Shown here one piece after another: positions 29,890 to 39,049 of a stretch of DNA of 64,000 nt (its first letter is position 1; the number at the start of each line of letters is the position of its first letter). Position numbers and translations under genes: made by a program. The notes beneath the pieces were generated by a model. That model saw only the letters and a program-made list of their open reading frames with translations, was not told where the DNA came from and searched no databases. Source of the DNA: an uncultured Thermoplasmata archaeon (lineage in GTDB: Archaea > Thermoplasmatota > Thermoplasmata > UBA10834). The stretch spans positions 384,001-448,000 of the forward strand of contig CAVRDX010000001.1 of the NCBI GenBank assembly GCA_963719945.1. Reading direction: 5' to 3'.

Positions 29890-31425
29890 TCAACGATATC
29901 CCTGTTTGTCATCGTGGACATGCTGGTTCCAGTAATGGTATGGTGATGAATCCCTCTCGGATCCGCTCATGTCCTTGGCCACTCCGCCGAGGAAGCTCCC
30001 GTACTTCTCCTTGATCTGCTCTTCAACCGGACGGGCGCGTTTAAGGGCCTCCTTAATGTGTTTCGCCTCAATGAGTGTGGCTCCTTCTACTATCGCCACA
30101 TCGCCAGCAGCTCGGATCAACCCACCAAGTTCCCTTAGCCTCAATGTCAGAGCTTTGTCTTTGTTGTCCATCAGCCTGGCCCTCTTGCGGGCCTCGTCGA
30201 TTATCATCTGGATTGCTTCCCTGGTCGCGTGTGGTATCTTGCCATCCATGACGATCTCCTGGGCCACGAACTGCGCGAGCTTCATGCAGTTCTCGTTCGT
30301 ATCGGGCATTGTGGTATCCACGAGGACCTCGTATCCGCCGCCATTCACTCTCGACCTCAATGGCGACATTATCTGCGGGAGGTCCTGTATGTTGCACGCT
30401 CCGACGAATATGAAATCACAGGGTACGCTATCGACTCTGACGCTTGCGCCTGCGCTCTGAGGGTTTCTGCCGGCGATGGGGAATCTCTTCTCTTGCATGG
30501 CTGTCAGTATGAATCTCTGAAGATGGCCCAGATGAGGCAATTCGTCTACGAAAAGCACTCCCTGATGGGCATTGTGTATGTCACCCGCGACGACTCTGTC
30601 GTAGGGTTGTGTCCCTAGCTGTGGATGTCCTCCGTACGGGTCGTGCCGAACATCTCCAAGTAGTTCTGTCTCGCTTGCGCCTGTTGCTAGGACGAACGGA
30701 TTCCTCCCAATGGGCACTATGACCTTTCTGGGGCTCTCCTTCTCCAACTCCCTCCGTTTCTCGAGGGCTGGCTGGTCGAGAACCTTGATCATATCGCCTG
30801 AACGTTCAAACACTACCACCTCTTCCTTTCCGAACCTCTTCCTGGTGGTAGTGACCCTGTCTCTCCCAGCCATCTGACCCATAGTGACTTCCATTAGCCC
30901 GCCTAGTATGTCCCCGAACGGGTTGTTCGATGTGGAACGTATCTGTTGTGCCACCTTCGCTCGCGCGCATTTGGGGCAGAAACTCTCCTTCGGGGAGGAA
31001 TAGGTCCCACAGCTGGTGCATCTGTATCCAAGTCTCTCAGCAACGTTCACAGGTGCTTCCTTGGGGTCGATGTACTCCCCCTCTGCGTAACCCTTGGATT
31101 CCAGCTCCTTCTCGACCTCATTCGAGTTCCTGACCTCGACCAGGGGTCGCTCTGGATTCTCTGGGTTATGGACCACCCTGATCTCTTCTGTCGGTCTCTT
31201 CAGGTGGAGCGCCAGAGCCTGTGCTATCATCGATTTACCAGTGCCTGGCGGGCCCACGAGCAGAAGATGCCTCATCTGTGAGGCGGCTATCCTCGCAAGT
31301 CGGACGGCCTCCTCTTGTCCGATGACTCTGTCGAGAGGGTCAGAGGCTATCCTGATGTCCTTTGAAGTCTCTATCTCGTCCAACGACTTGAGGACCTTTT
31401 GTCCACCGGAAGCCTCTTCGGTCAT
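29890..31425 (-). CDS. Lon-like (LonB-type) AAA+ ATPase lacking protease domain and membrane anchor
   Basis: DRVIGQEEA, GPPGTGKS, LLGDVRHDPYG, AHQGVLFVDE, PLRSRV, LTLRLRELGGLIRAAGD. It has no Ser-Lys protease domain. Confidence 0.88.
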   Translation of the reverse strand: MTEEASGGQKVLKSLDEIETSKDIRIASDPLDRVIGQEEAVRLARIAASQMRHLLLVGPPGTGKSMIAQALALHLKRPTEEIRVVHNPENPERPLVEVRNSNEVEKELESKGYAEGEYIDPKEAPVNVAERLGYRCTSCGTYSSPKESFCPKCARAKVAQQIRSTSNNPFGDILGGLMEVTMGQMAGRDRVTTTRKRFGKEEVVVFERSGDMIKVLDQPALEKRRELEKESPRKVIVPIGRNPFVLATGASETELLGDVRHDPYGGHPQLGTQPYDRVVAGDIHNAHQGVLFVDELPHLGHLQRFILTAMQEKRFPIAGRNPQSAGASVRVDSVPCDFIFVGACNIQDLPQIMSPLRSRVNGGGYEVLVDTTMPDTNENCMKLAQFVAQEIVMDGKIPHATREAIQMIIDEARKRARLMDNKDKALTLRLRELGGLIRAAGDVAIVEGATLIEAKHIKEALKRARPVEEQIKEKYGSFLGGVAKDMSGSERDSSPYHYWNQHVHDDKQGYR

Positions 31426-31441
31426 GTGAAGTTCCCGCGTC

Positions 31442-32734
31442 CTAGCTCAGATCCTCCTTCGTGAGGATCTCCACATTCGTGGGGAGCTTGGCTACGTTTC
31501 CTACCTTGACACCGACTACGGATGAAATATTCTTTTCCACGGCCAAGTCCAGAACTCGCTGGGTTATTATGCCATCGAGCACCACTGCGCGCACGCCCGT
31601 ACCGGATTCCTTGAGCGTCTCAGCGAGCTTGCTCACATGCACTTCTTTCATCACATTGCCGTTCTCGTTGAGCAGCTTCGCCTTCGAGCTGTTGTTCAGC
31701 TCCGAGAGCACGTCCTTGAATCTGAGCTGTTCGGGGGACAACCTCGGGGTCGACGGCTGTGGCTGCGGCCGGTCCTCGTGTCTCGGTTGACGTGATTCTC
31801 TCGGCTCTCGCCTCCGGTCACGGTCGTCATCCCTTCTTCCGCGGTCTCCACGGCCTTCCTCGGACCTGCCCTGTTTTTCACCATTTCTGCCCGAAGAAGC
31901 TCCAAGATTGACCATTTCTGCAAACTGGTCGGCCGGAACCTTGTTCCTCAGGCACTTGACCATCTGCTTCTGTGTCAACTCCTCGACTTCCTGTCCGTTC
32001 GGAGCACGTGCGACGAAGTCTATTTCGGCAACTTCTAGCAACTCTCTTATGATGAGCTCTCCACCTCTGTCTCCATCGACAAAGGCTGTCACGACCTTCT
32101 CTTTTGCCAGAGCTATGATCGATTGGGGGACATTCGTCCCTTCGACTGCTATCGCGTTCTTGATGCCGTACTTGAGCAGGTTCAGAACATCTGACCTGCC
32201 CTCCACGACTATGATGGCGTCGGAATCATCGATGTTGGGCCCTGCGGGGAGTCTCTCCTTTCCATAGTGCTGCACCTCTTCCATCTGGAATGACTGGCGC
32301 ACCGAATCCGTGAGGTCTCCTCCGCTCGTCTTCGAGGTCTTCATGAGCTCGTTGAGCAGCACCTTGGCCCTCTCGATGATCTTGTTCCTCTTCGATATCC
32401 TTACATCCTCGATCTTGTCGATGGATATCCTGGCCTTGCAGGGTCCGACCCTGTCGATGGTCTCAAGGGCTGATGCAAGTATTGCGGTCTCGACCTGGTC
32501 GAGACTCGAAGGTACATAAACGATGCCTTCGGACTTGCCCTTGTTCGAGCTTACCTCGACCTCTATCCTTCCTATCCTGCCGCTCTTCTGCAGGTCTCTG
32601 AGGTCGAGTTCGTCGCCCAGCAGTCCTTCCGTCTGGCCGAAAATAGCGCCCACAATGTCGGGTTTTTCCACGATTCCATCTGTCGAGAGTTTCGCTTGAA
32701 TCAGATATTTGGTTGTACTTGGATCTATGTCCAT
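31442..32734 (-). CDS. dnaG: Archaeal DnaG (bacterial-type primase homolog, exosome-associated)
   Basis: DIVGAIFGQTEGLLG, LQKSGRIGRI, TOPRIM VEGRSDV...DGDRGG, DGIITQR. Confidence 0.96.
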   Translation of the reverse strand: MDIDPSTTKYLIQAKLSTDGIVEKPDIVGAIFGQTEGLLGDELDLRDLQKSGRIGRIEVEVSSNKGKSEGIVYVPSSLDQVETAILASALETIDRVGPCKARISIDKIEDVRISKRNKIIERAKVLLNELMKTSKTSGGDLTDSVRQSFQMEEVQHYGKERLPAGPNIDDSDAIIVVEGRSDVLNLLKYGIKNAIAVEGTNVPQSIIALAKEKVVTAFVDGDRGGELIIRELLEVAEIDFVARAPNGQEVEELTQKQMVKCLRNKVPADQFAEMVNLGASSGRNGEKQGRSEEGRGDRGRRDDDRDRRREPRESRQPRHEDRPQPQPSTPRLSPEQLRFKDVLSELNNSSKAKLLNENGNVMKEVHVSKLAETLKESGTGVRAVVLDGIITQRVLDLAVEKNISSVVGVKVGNVAKLPTNVEILTKEDLS

Positions 32735-32755
32735 GTATGTGCACCCCTAAGGTGT

Positions 32756-32947
32756 CGAAAAACAGCTCAGGTTCCCGCCACGTCTATCATTCGCTGTCGA
32801 GCATCCCTTTGTCCAGGGGTCGCAGCAGGCTTGACAAACATCTGGCTACTGTGAACCCTATGCCTTTTAGCCAGGCGTATGAGCGTCACTGTGAGATGTG
32901 TTTGGTTAAGCGTGATGATGTCAAACGGGTTTGAACGCTGTTCTTCG
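32756..32947 (-). ncRNA. Candidate structured 5' leader or ncRNA upstream of dnaG
   Basis: An 11-bp terminal inverted repeat with one G-U pair encloses internal hairpins. A TATA-like element lies about 25 nt upstream. Confidence 0.45.
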
Positions 32948-33036
32948 TAACTATTAACGCTCTCTTTGATAAATACTTTTCCTCACAATCTATAAAAGTC
33001 TGCGTCGACCGACTGGCTATATGCTCCAGGACCAGG

Positions 33037-33246
33037 CTAGCCGCCTGAAACGACGGATATCAACTTTATCTCGTCACCATCCAAGAGTGGTTCGTCGATC
33101 GGGACGGGGTCCGTTCCTCTGACTGCTATCCACGAATCGGGCAACAGCCCGAGCTTCCTTATGAGCGCCTCCACATCGATCCCCTCCTCAAGCTCGACCG
33201 TTTTTGTCTCTCTTCTGCTCGGCAGGAGATGTACCGTCACCTTCAT
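33037..33246 (-). CDS. Ubiquitin-like MoaD/ThiS/SAMP family protein
   Basis: 69-aa beta-grasp protein ending DGDEIKLISVVSGG. Confidence 0.9.
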   Translation of the reverse strand: MKVTVHLLPSRRETKTVELEEGIDVEALIRKLGLLPDSWIAVRGTDPVPIDEPLLDGDEIKLISVVSGG

Positions 33247-33304
33247 CACAGCACCGACAGCGTTAATATGGGTACTCGTAATAACGCTTCCGTTCCAGCG
33301 CGGA

Positions 33305-33391
33305 GCCGAGGTAGCTAAGCCCGGTTTAAGGCGGTAGCCTCGAGAGCTACTGGTGCTTGACACCACGGGAGTTCAAATCTCCCCCTCGGCG
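33305..33391 (+). tRNA. tRNA-Ser (anticodon CGA)
   Basis: Acceptor stem GCCGAGG/CCTCGGC, anticodon arm GTAGC-CT CGA GA-GCTAC, long variable arm, T-loop GTTCAAATC. Confidence 0.96.
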
Positions 33392-33479
33392 CTCTTTCTG
33401 CAATCGGCCTTATCTCATCAATTCTTGGGCGGCAATGACGATTAGTGTTATCTACGACCCAGTGTATTCGCAACCGTCC

Positions 33480-34706
33480 ATGAAAGAGAAGAAGATGCTC
33501 ATGATCATATGTGATGGTCTTTCCGACCGTCCCGTGAAGCAGTTCGATAACAAGACCCCTCTCCAGGCCGCGAGGAGACCCGCGATGAACTCCATAGCGA
33601 AGCGGGGCATGAGCGGGATGATGGATGTAATAGCGCCGGGAGTAGTTCCCGGCAGCGATACAGCGCATCTTGCACTCTTCGGCTACGATCCTTACACCGC
33701 ATACACGGGAAGGGGCCCCATAGAGGCGGCGGGAGCCGGCCTGAAGATGTCCAAAGGCGATGTTGCCTTCAGATGCAACTTCGCCACCGTTGATACATCG
33801 ATGAATGTCACTGATCGTAGGGCGGGAAGGATCAAGTCTGGCACAGCCGAACTCTCCGAACTCCTCTCGGGTCTCAAGATCGATGACATCGAAGTCGCGT
33901 TCAAGGAGGGTTCCGAGCATAGGGGTGTGCTGGTCCTCAAGGGCCCCGGGCTAGATTGCAGGGTCTCGGAGGTCGACCCTCACACCGAGGGTAAAGTGCT
34001 GATATCCAGACCTTTGGTCCCTGAGGCCACCAAGACCGCCAGGATCCTGAACGAATTCGTCTCTGAATCGTACAAGCGGCTTGATGCTTCTTCAATCAAT
34101 ACGCAACGGCGCAAGGACGGACTTCCGCCTGCGAACATCGTTCTCCCTCGAGGGGCTGGTAGCCTCGGCAACCTAGACTCCATGCCTGAGCGCTACGGTC
34201 TGAAATGCGCAGGGGTAGCAGGCGTAACCCTGGTGAAAGGGATATGCAGGATGGTTGGTATGGATGTTCCAGAAGTCCCAGGAGCGACGGGTGGATTGGA
34301 TACTGATTACCTTTCGAAGGGACGGTCTGCTCTCAAGTTGCTCGATTCGCATGACTTCGTATTCGTCAATGTGAAAGCGGGTGACGTTGCAGGGCATGAC
34401 GGCGACTTCTTGAAGAAGGTGGAGATTGTCGAGAGCATCGATTCGATGTTGGAACTGATCCTCAGAGAACTGCACGAAGACGTCGTTATCGCGGTCACCG
34501 CGGATCACTCGACTCCCGTGAATGTGCGGGATCACAGTGCCGACCCTGTCCCTGTGATGATTGCTGGCGGTGGCAGCAGGATGGACCACGTCAAAGAATT
34601 CGATGAAGTTTCCGCAGCAGCAGGCGGACTCGGGAGAATTCGAGGAAGGGACCTCTTGCCAATAATGTTGGGGATGGCCGATCGGGCAAGGAAATTTGGG
34701 GCTTAA
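33480..34706 (+). CDS. apgM: 2,3-bisphosphoglycerate-independent phosphoglycerate mutase
   Basis: DGLSD, TPL, PGSDTAH, GRGPIEA, DVAGHDG, TADHSTP, HSADPVP. Confidence 0.95.
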   Translation: MKEKKMLMIICDGLSDRPVKQFDNKTPLQAARRPAMNSIAKRGMSGMMDVIAPGVVPGSDTAHLALFGYDPYTAYTGRGPIEAAGAGLKMSKGDVAFRCNFATVDTSMNVTDRRAGRIKSGTAELSELLSGLKIDDIEVAFKEGSEHRGVLVLKGPGLDCRVSEVDPHTEGKVLISRPLVPEATKTARILNEFVSESYKRLDASSINTQRRKDGLPPANIVLPRGAGSLGNLDSMPERYGLKCAGVAGVTLVKGICRMVGMDVPEVPGATGGLDTDYLSKGRSALKLLDSHDFVFVNVKAGDVAGHDGDFLKKVEIVESIDSMLELILRELHEDVVIAVTADHSTPVNVRDHSADPVPVMIAGGGSRMDHVKEFDEVSAAAGGLGRIRGRDLLPIMLGMADRARKFGA

Positions 34707-34788
34707 TGCATCCTCGGTTGGAACCGTTCAGATCCGGCCCTTCGCACATTTTAATTGCAGAACGCGTATTAATGTTCAAAGCTGGCTG

Positions 34789-35265
34789 TTAGACGTTCAT
34801 CTTCTGCTTGAGGTTCGTGGCAAACTCCTCCGCATGCTTGAGGTCTTCAGCGTTTGGCCTACCCTTATTCATGCCGCCGAAGTATCTGAGGAAACTGTTC
34901 GTATTGAACCCCTTGCAGCTAAATTCGTCGACGATCACATATCCTTTCAACTGCAGTTTCTCCCTCAGAGCCGAGTGGTCTTTGGCAACCTTGTCATCAT
35001 TGATCATAGCGCTCGTCGAGAAGATGAATGATTTCGCTTCCGTGACTTGGGGCAGTGCGTCGGCAAGGTGTAACAAATCTTTGTGGTGTTGCCCATCATA
35101 GATACCTGAACCGAAGCCGATGAGTGTGTACTCTTGAAGATCTTCAGGTCGTATTTGCCGCGGGGTCTTCATGTGTGCATCGAGCACTCTAGCAAATACA
35201 TTGGCAATCTTCTCAGTGCTCTTATGATGATACGAGCACACAATCAAGAGTGATTTCATTGTCAT
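34789..35265 (-). CDS. Flavodoxin family protein
   Basis: SYHHKSTEKIA, GFGSGIY, FSCKG, KGRPN. Confidence 0.85.
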   Translation of the reverse strand: MTMKSLLIVCSYHHKSTEKIANVFARVLDAHMKTPRQIRPEDLQEYTLIGFGSGIYDGQHHKDLLHLADALPQVTEAKSFIFSTSAMINDDKVAKDHSALREKLQLKGYVIVDEFSCKGFNTNSFLRYFGGMNKGRPNAEDLKHAEEFATNLKQKMNV

Positions 35266-35755
35266 GGCTTCTTCCTTCTATCTGTCGTATTCTCTCCGCT
35301 TTGCGATATGAAATAGACGGTCATTTACTGGATATACTCTTCGGTTGCTATGATTGTAGGTATCCCATTGGTGTACCCTCCATGAATAGTGTCAATTCGA
35401 CTCTTCGATCCACCATGCTTGATTGGAGACGAGCTGCTATAAAAGACGGTGAATCTTGCGCTAAGGAATCCGTTAGTCCCCTACAACATCGCATGTCATT
35501 CCTGGAGAATATGAATATGTCCTGCAATTATGGGCAAATCCGAGAGCCGGGATTGATGCATTCTCGCCTCAACCGGCTGTTCGAGTTTCATAACCCACTT
35601 CGCGCATCTCGCAGTACGTGACACTGCGTCGAATGCGGCTTTATTATTATCGTATTGAGCTAAATTCAATTTTCCCTTTTGCATCACTTTCAACGTTCGC
35701 GAAGGGTTAGTATATTAGATGCCTATTCAAATACCGTCAGGCCGGTGTGAATTCT

Positions 35756-36304
35756 ATGGCAGTGATAAAGATTGAGAATGTTGTCGCCTCGACATCTCTC
35801 GGAACGGAGCTAGATCTCCAGGCGATTGTGCTTGCACTTGATGGCGCTGAATACGATCCAGAGCAGTTTCCAGGTTTGATTTACCGGCTCAAGGAACCGA
35901 AGACGGCGACACTGCTTTTCAGAAGCGGAAAGGCTGTATGCACAGGCGGCAAGAGCCTTGAACAGGTTGAGATTGCCATCAGCAAGGTGGTCAAGAAGAT
36001 CGAGGCTGCTGGTGTAGTGATTAAGACAAAGCCGAAGATTGAGGTGCAGAACATCGTCGCTTCAAGCGACCTCGGGGCTAAGATAAATCTCAACTCAATA
36101 GCAATCAGCGTGGGTCTCGAGAAGGTAGAGTACGAACCCGAGCAATTCCCTGGGCTCGTGTACCGTCTCGACGTGCCAAAGGTGGTCGTGCTTCTATTTG
36201 GCAGCGGGAAGCTGGTTTGCACCGGAGCGCGAAAACCGGAAGATGTCGAGACTGCCGTGGATAAGATCACTCTAGAGCTGAGGGCAGCTGGCTTGCTACC
36301 TTAG
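35756..36304 (+). CDS. tbp: TATA-box binding protein
   Basis: Two repeats of NxVAS...YxPEQFPGLxYR...LLFxSGKxVCTG. Confidence 0.98.
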   Translation: MAVIKIENVVASTSLGTELDLQAIVLALDGAEYDPEQFPGLIYRLKEPKTATLLFRSGKAVCTGGKSLEQVEIAISKVVKKIEAAGVVIKTKPKIEVQNIVASSDLGAKINLNSIAISVGLEKVEYEPEQFPGLVYRLDVPKVVVLLFGSGKLVCTGARKPEDVETAVDKITLELRAAGLLP

Positions 36305-36622
36305 ATTTAGTTGGCAGGCCATGCGGGTCCCAGACCCATACGACGGGGCCCCAGCCGATTCCCGGAATGGAGTAACTCGAGGAGTTCGTTCCTCGACGCC
36401 GCTTCCACGATCATCATTCCTCCTATGTTTCGTCTTCTCATTATCCCGATTGAGCCGCGGTTGAGTCTAGAAGCTGGCTTGTCTTCTGCTGAAAGGTATT
36501 CTCTTCAGCGAGATTTCTCATTTATCTGAAGAATATGACTCGCGGTTCAAATCCGGCGCTCGCACATACAGGCCTTGTGAAACCAAATGGGTATGATTAT
36601 CGATTCTCGACCGATATCATGT

Positions 36623-37678
36623 TCATAATTGCTTGGCATATCTATGAAGGATCTCCAGAGCTTCCAGTGTCAGCCATTGCTCGGTCTCCGAATGCGGTCG
36701 ATTGGACTCTACCCATAGACCATCACGATATCGTTTTGAGATGAGCCATCTTATCGGTTTCTCCATCCTGGGATCATCTGGTCCCTTCCCGATTTTCGTG
36801 AGGACCCACATTGCGGCCAGTCCACTGCACCTGTATGCGGGGTACTTGATCGTGGTCCAGTTCTTGCTGCTCTGAAAGAAGTTGGGGTGAGGGTTCTTCG
36901 AGAAGAACCTGCTCAGGAGGAAATCCGCACCCTTCTGCAGGCACTTGCTCTTCCTGAGCAGAGGTTTCTCCATGAGACCCCAGAGGACCATCATCGTGGT
37001 CCAATTGCAGCTGGGGATATCTTGGAACTGCTTGGAATCATGTCCATCACCTTCAGATTTCTCCATCCGCCGTATGAAATCATCCATTTTCAAACCGCTG
37101 TATTCCGGGAGGTACTTGACATCCTGAATGTACGGCATGTTCCAGCCTCCGTCCTTCCTCTGAGATGCCATCAACCACTCTGTGACTCCCTTGACCCTTG
37201 CATCATTTTCCCTGTCAAATCCATACAGTACATAGAGAGCATATCCATTGTAATGCGGCTGTGGAAGACCATGCTTCATCGGCCCTCTTATGAACCCCTC
37301 TTGATCATATCGCTCAAGGACGTTATCAAGCGCCCTGTTGATTCGTTCGTCGTCAGGCCTGGCTACGAAATGCAGGAGCATTAGCAGATTGTTGTACATC
37401 GTGATCTGTGTCTGGTCCATGCCTATGGCTGACTCGGATCGGTTCTGCGCCCGCCGACCGTTTGACACGGGCCATGAACCATCCTCCCGGATGGTCCTGA
37501 GCAGTTTCAAACTGGCCGGGTACTTCTCGCACTCCTCCAATGTGCGTTGGACTATGTGGTCCTCCCTGTCCTTCTCGATGATATCCCTGAGTATCCAGTA
37601 TCTCACCGATGGGGAAGAACCCTGGAGCAACTTCCTAGAAGATTCATCGACTATCCGGTCAATCTCTGCCGCGCGCAT
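36623..37678 (-). CDS. Hypothetical prenyltransferase/squalene-cyclase-like alpha/alpha barrel protein (copy 1)
   Basis: QW-type motifs (EDGSW, SQRKDGGW, RDGLW); paralog at 60596. Confidence 0.7.
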   Translation of the reverse strand: MRAAEIDRIVDESSRKLLQGSSPSVRYWILRDIIEKDREDHIVQRTLEECEKYPASLKLLRTIREDGSWPVSNGRRAQNRSESAIGMDQTQITMYNNLLMLLHFVARPDDERINRALDNVLERYDQEGFIRGPMKHGLPQPHYNGYALYVLYGFDRENDARVKGVTEWLMASQRKDGGWNMPYIQDVKYLPEYSGLKMDDFIRRMEKSEGDGHDSKQFQDIPSCNWTTMMVLWGLMEKPLLRKSKCLQKGADFLLSRFFSKNPHPNFFQSSKNWTTIKYPAYRCSGLAAMWVLTKIGKGPDDPRMEKPIRWLISKRYRDGLWVESNRPHSETEQWLTLEALEILHRYAKQL

Positions 37679-37812
37679 TTCCAGAACTGGAATGGTAATC
37701 TAGCATGAATGTCTTTTGTTTCTGTTTGGTGCTTTGCATGACCGCATGCCCACGACTATGATGTCTTTCAGAAACCGGCTGGAGAATATGAAAGCTACCC
37801 GCTCAGAATGTA

Positions 37813-38100
37813 TCAATATCTAAAATCCTGCAATGCGCTGTTTATCTTATCCTCTTGCAGGTGTCCCACTACCTTTACATCAACTTTCTTCATCTTGGGC
37901 ATCTGGATGAGACGTCTCTTGATATTCATCGCGAGCTGTACACCCAATGGGCAGAATGGAGAAGTGGGCCTGAATACCAGGCTGATGGCGTCTCCTTTGA
38001 CCTCTATTTCAGAAATCAGTCCCATGTCGAAGATGTTGATGTTGGTGTGTGGATCGACAATCTCTCTGAGCGTCGAAATGACCTCGTCCTCGGTCGTCAT
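37813..38100 (-). CDS. DUF59/SufT/PaaD metal-sulfur cluster assembly factor
   Basis: LREIVDP...NIFDMGLI...TSPFCP. Confidence 0.88.
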   Translation of the reverse strand: MTTEDEVISTLREIVDPHTNINIFDMGLISEIEVKGDAISLVFRPTSPFCPLGVQLAMNIKRRLIQMPKMKKVDVKVVGHLQEDKINSALQDFRY

Positions 38101-38213
38101 TTTGAGTTCTCCTGAGTGGACTGGTTAAGTTGATGGATTCTTCCTAGTTTAATCTATTGATTGTCTGGTACGGTGCCGCCACTGGAAACATAGGTGCTTA
38201 ACGCTGTTTGTTC

Positions 38214-38867
38214 TCATACCGAATGTCGCTGCTTCTTGAAGTAATCCAGCACGATCTTCCTCTGTCCTTTTCTGAGGATCTCGGACAGAGTTGATGGTGA
38301 GACATCGAACATTCTAGCCAGTTCTCGAAGGCTTATCCTCTTGGGATAATCGAAGTAGCCTCTTTCGAAGGCGACCTGCGTTATCTTGTCCTGTCTCTCC
38401 GTGAGCGCCTCCTTGTCGTCGATTTTGGTAAGCTTCACGAGATCTGCTACCACCCCTTTGTTTTTGAGGTGTTCGAATATATCCCTCAAGACCTTCTTAT
38501 CGCTCAGGATCAGAGTCCATTCTACATTGCCCTGTCCGCGCGACTGAGCGGAAAGAAGGTAGACGTCGGCATCCGTGAGGATCCTGCAGATTTCGCATCT
38601 GCTCGTAGTGATTGAACCGAGCACCTTTCCCTTCTCGGTCACGGTGGTGTCCATATTGTCCACCAGAGGATTCATCTTGATGTCCTTGAGTATGTCATCC
38701 ATGATGTCACTGGGTGCCTGTATCTCTACCAGGTCTTTGACTCCCTTCTCTGAAAAAGGTACCCTATCTATGACCTTGATTGTGGCCGGATACTTCATTG
38801 ATATCTCGCTCATCCAATAATTCGGCGTTTTGAGCGAGAGCACTGCCTCCATCATTGACGCCACCAA
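38214..38867 (-). CDS. Bat-like (HTH_10) transcriptional regulator
   Basis: C-terminal LTERQ...AFERGYFDYPKRISLRELA...SPSTLSEILRKG. Confidence 0.9.
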   Translation of the reverse strand: MVASMMEAVLSLKTPNYWMSEISMKYPATIKVIDRVPFSEKGVKDLVEIQAPSDIMDDILKDIKMNPLVDNMDTTVTEKGKVLGSITTSRCEICRILTDADVYLLSAQSRGQGNVEWTLILSDKKVLRDIFEHLKNKGVVADLVKLTKIDDKEALTERQDKITQVAFERGYFDYPKRISLRELARMFDVSPSTLSEILRKGQRKIVLDYFKKQRHSV

Positions 38868-39049
38868 ACCTCTGAGTCGAGAAAGCCTCTACGCCCCCTC
38901 AATATCATGAGGCATTTCAGCGTATATCAAGTTTGAGCATCAGGGGTCTTCTCTGATATGTTCGGGTCGGGCAAAAGCCATCATTGGGTAGCATTTTCGC
39001 CCCGCCAGCCGCTTTGCTTATTAGTGTCGAACCGTTTACATCCAGATGG

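Noticed and set aside
35266-35746. ORFs 35250..35621 and 35496..35693 in the flavodoxin-tbp gap
   Set aside because: They show no recognisable motifs. I treated the gap as intergenic or decayed sequence.
38178-38196. CCACTGGAAACATAGG resembles an ORB (origin recognition box)
   Set aside because: It is a single partial copy with no cdc6/orc1 gene or AT-rich unwinding element nearby.
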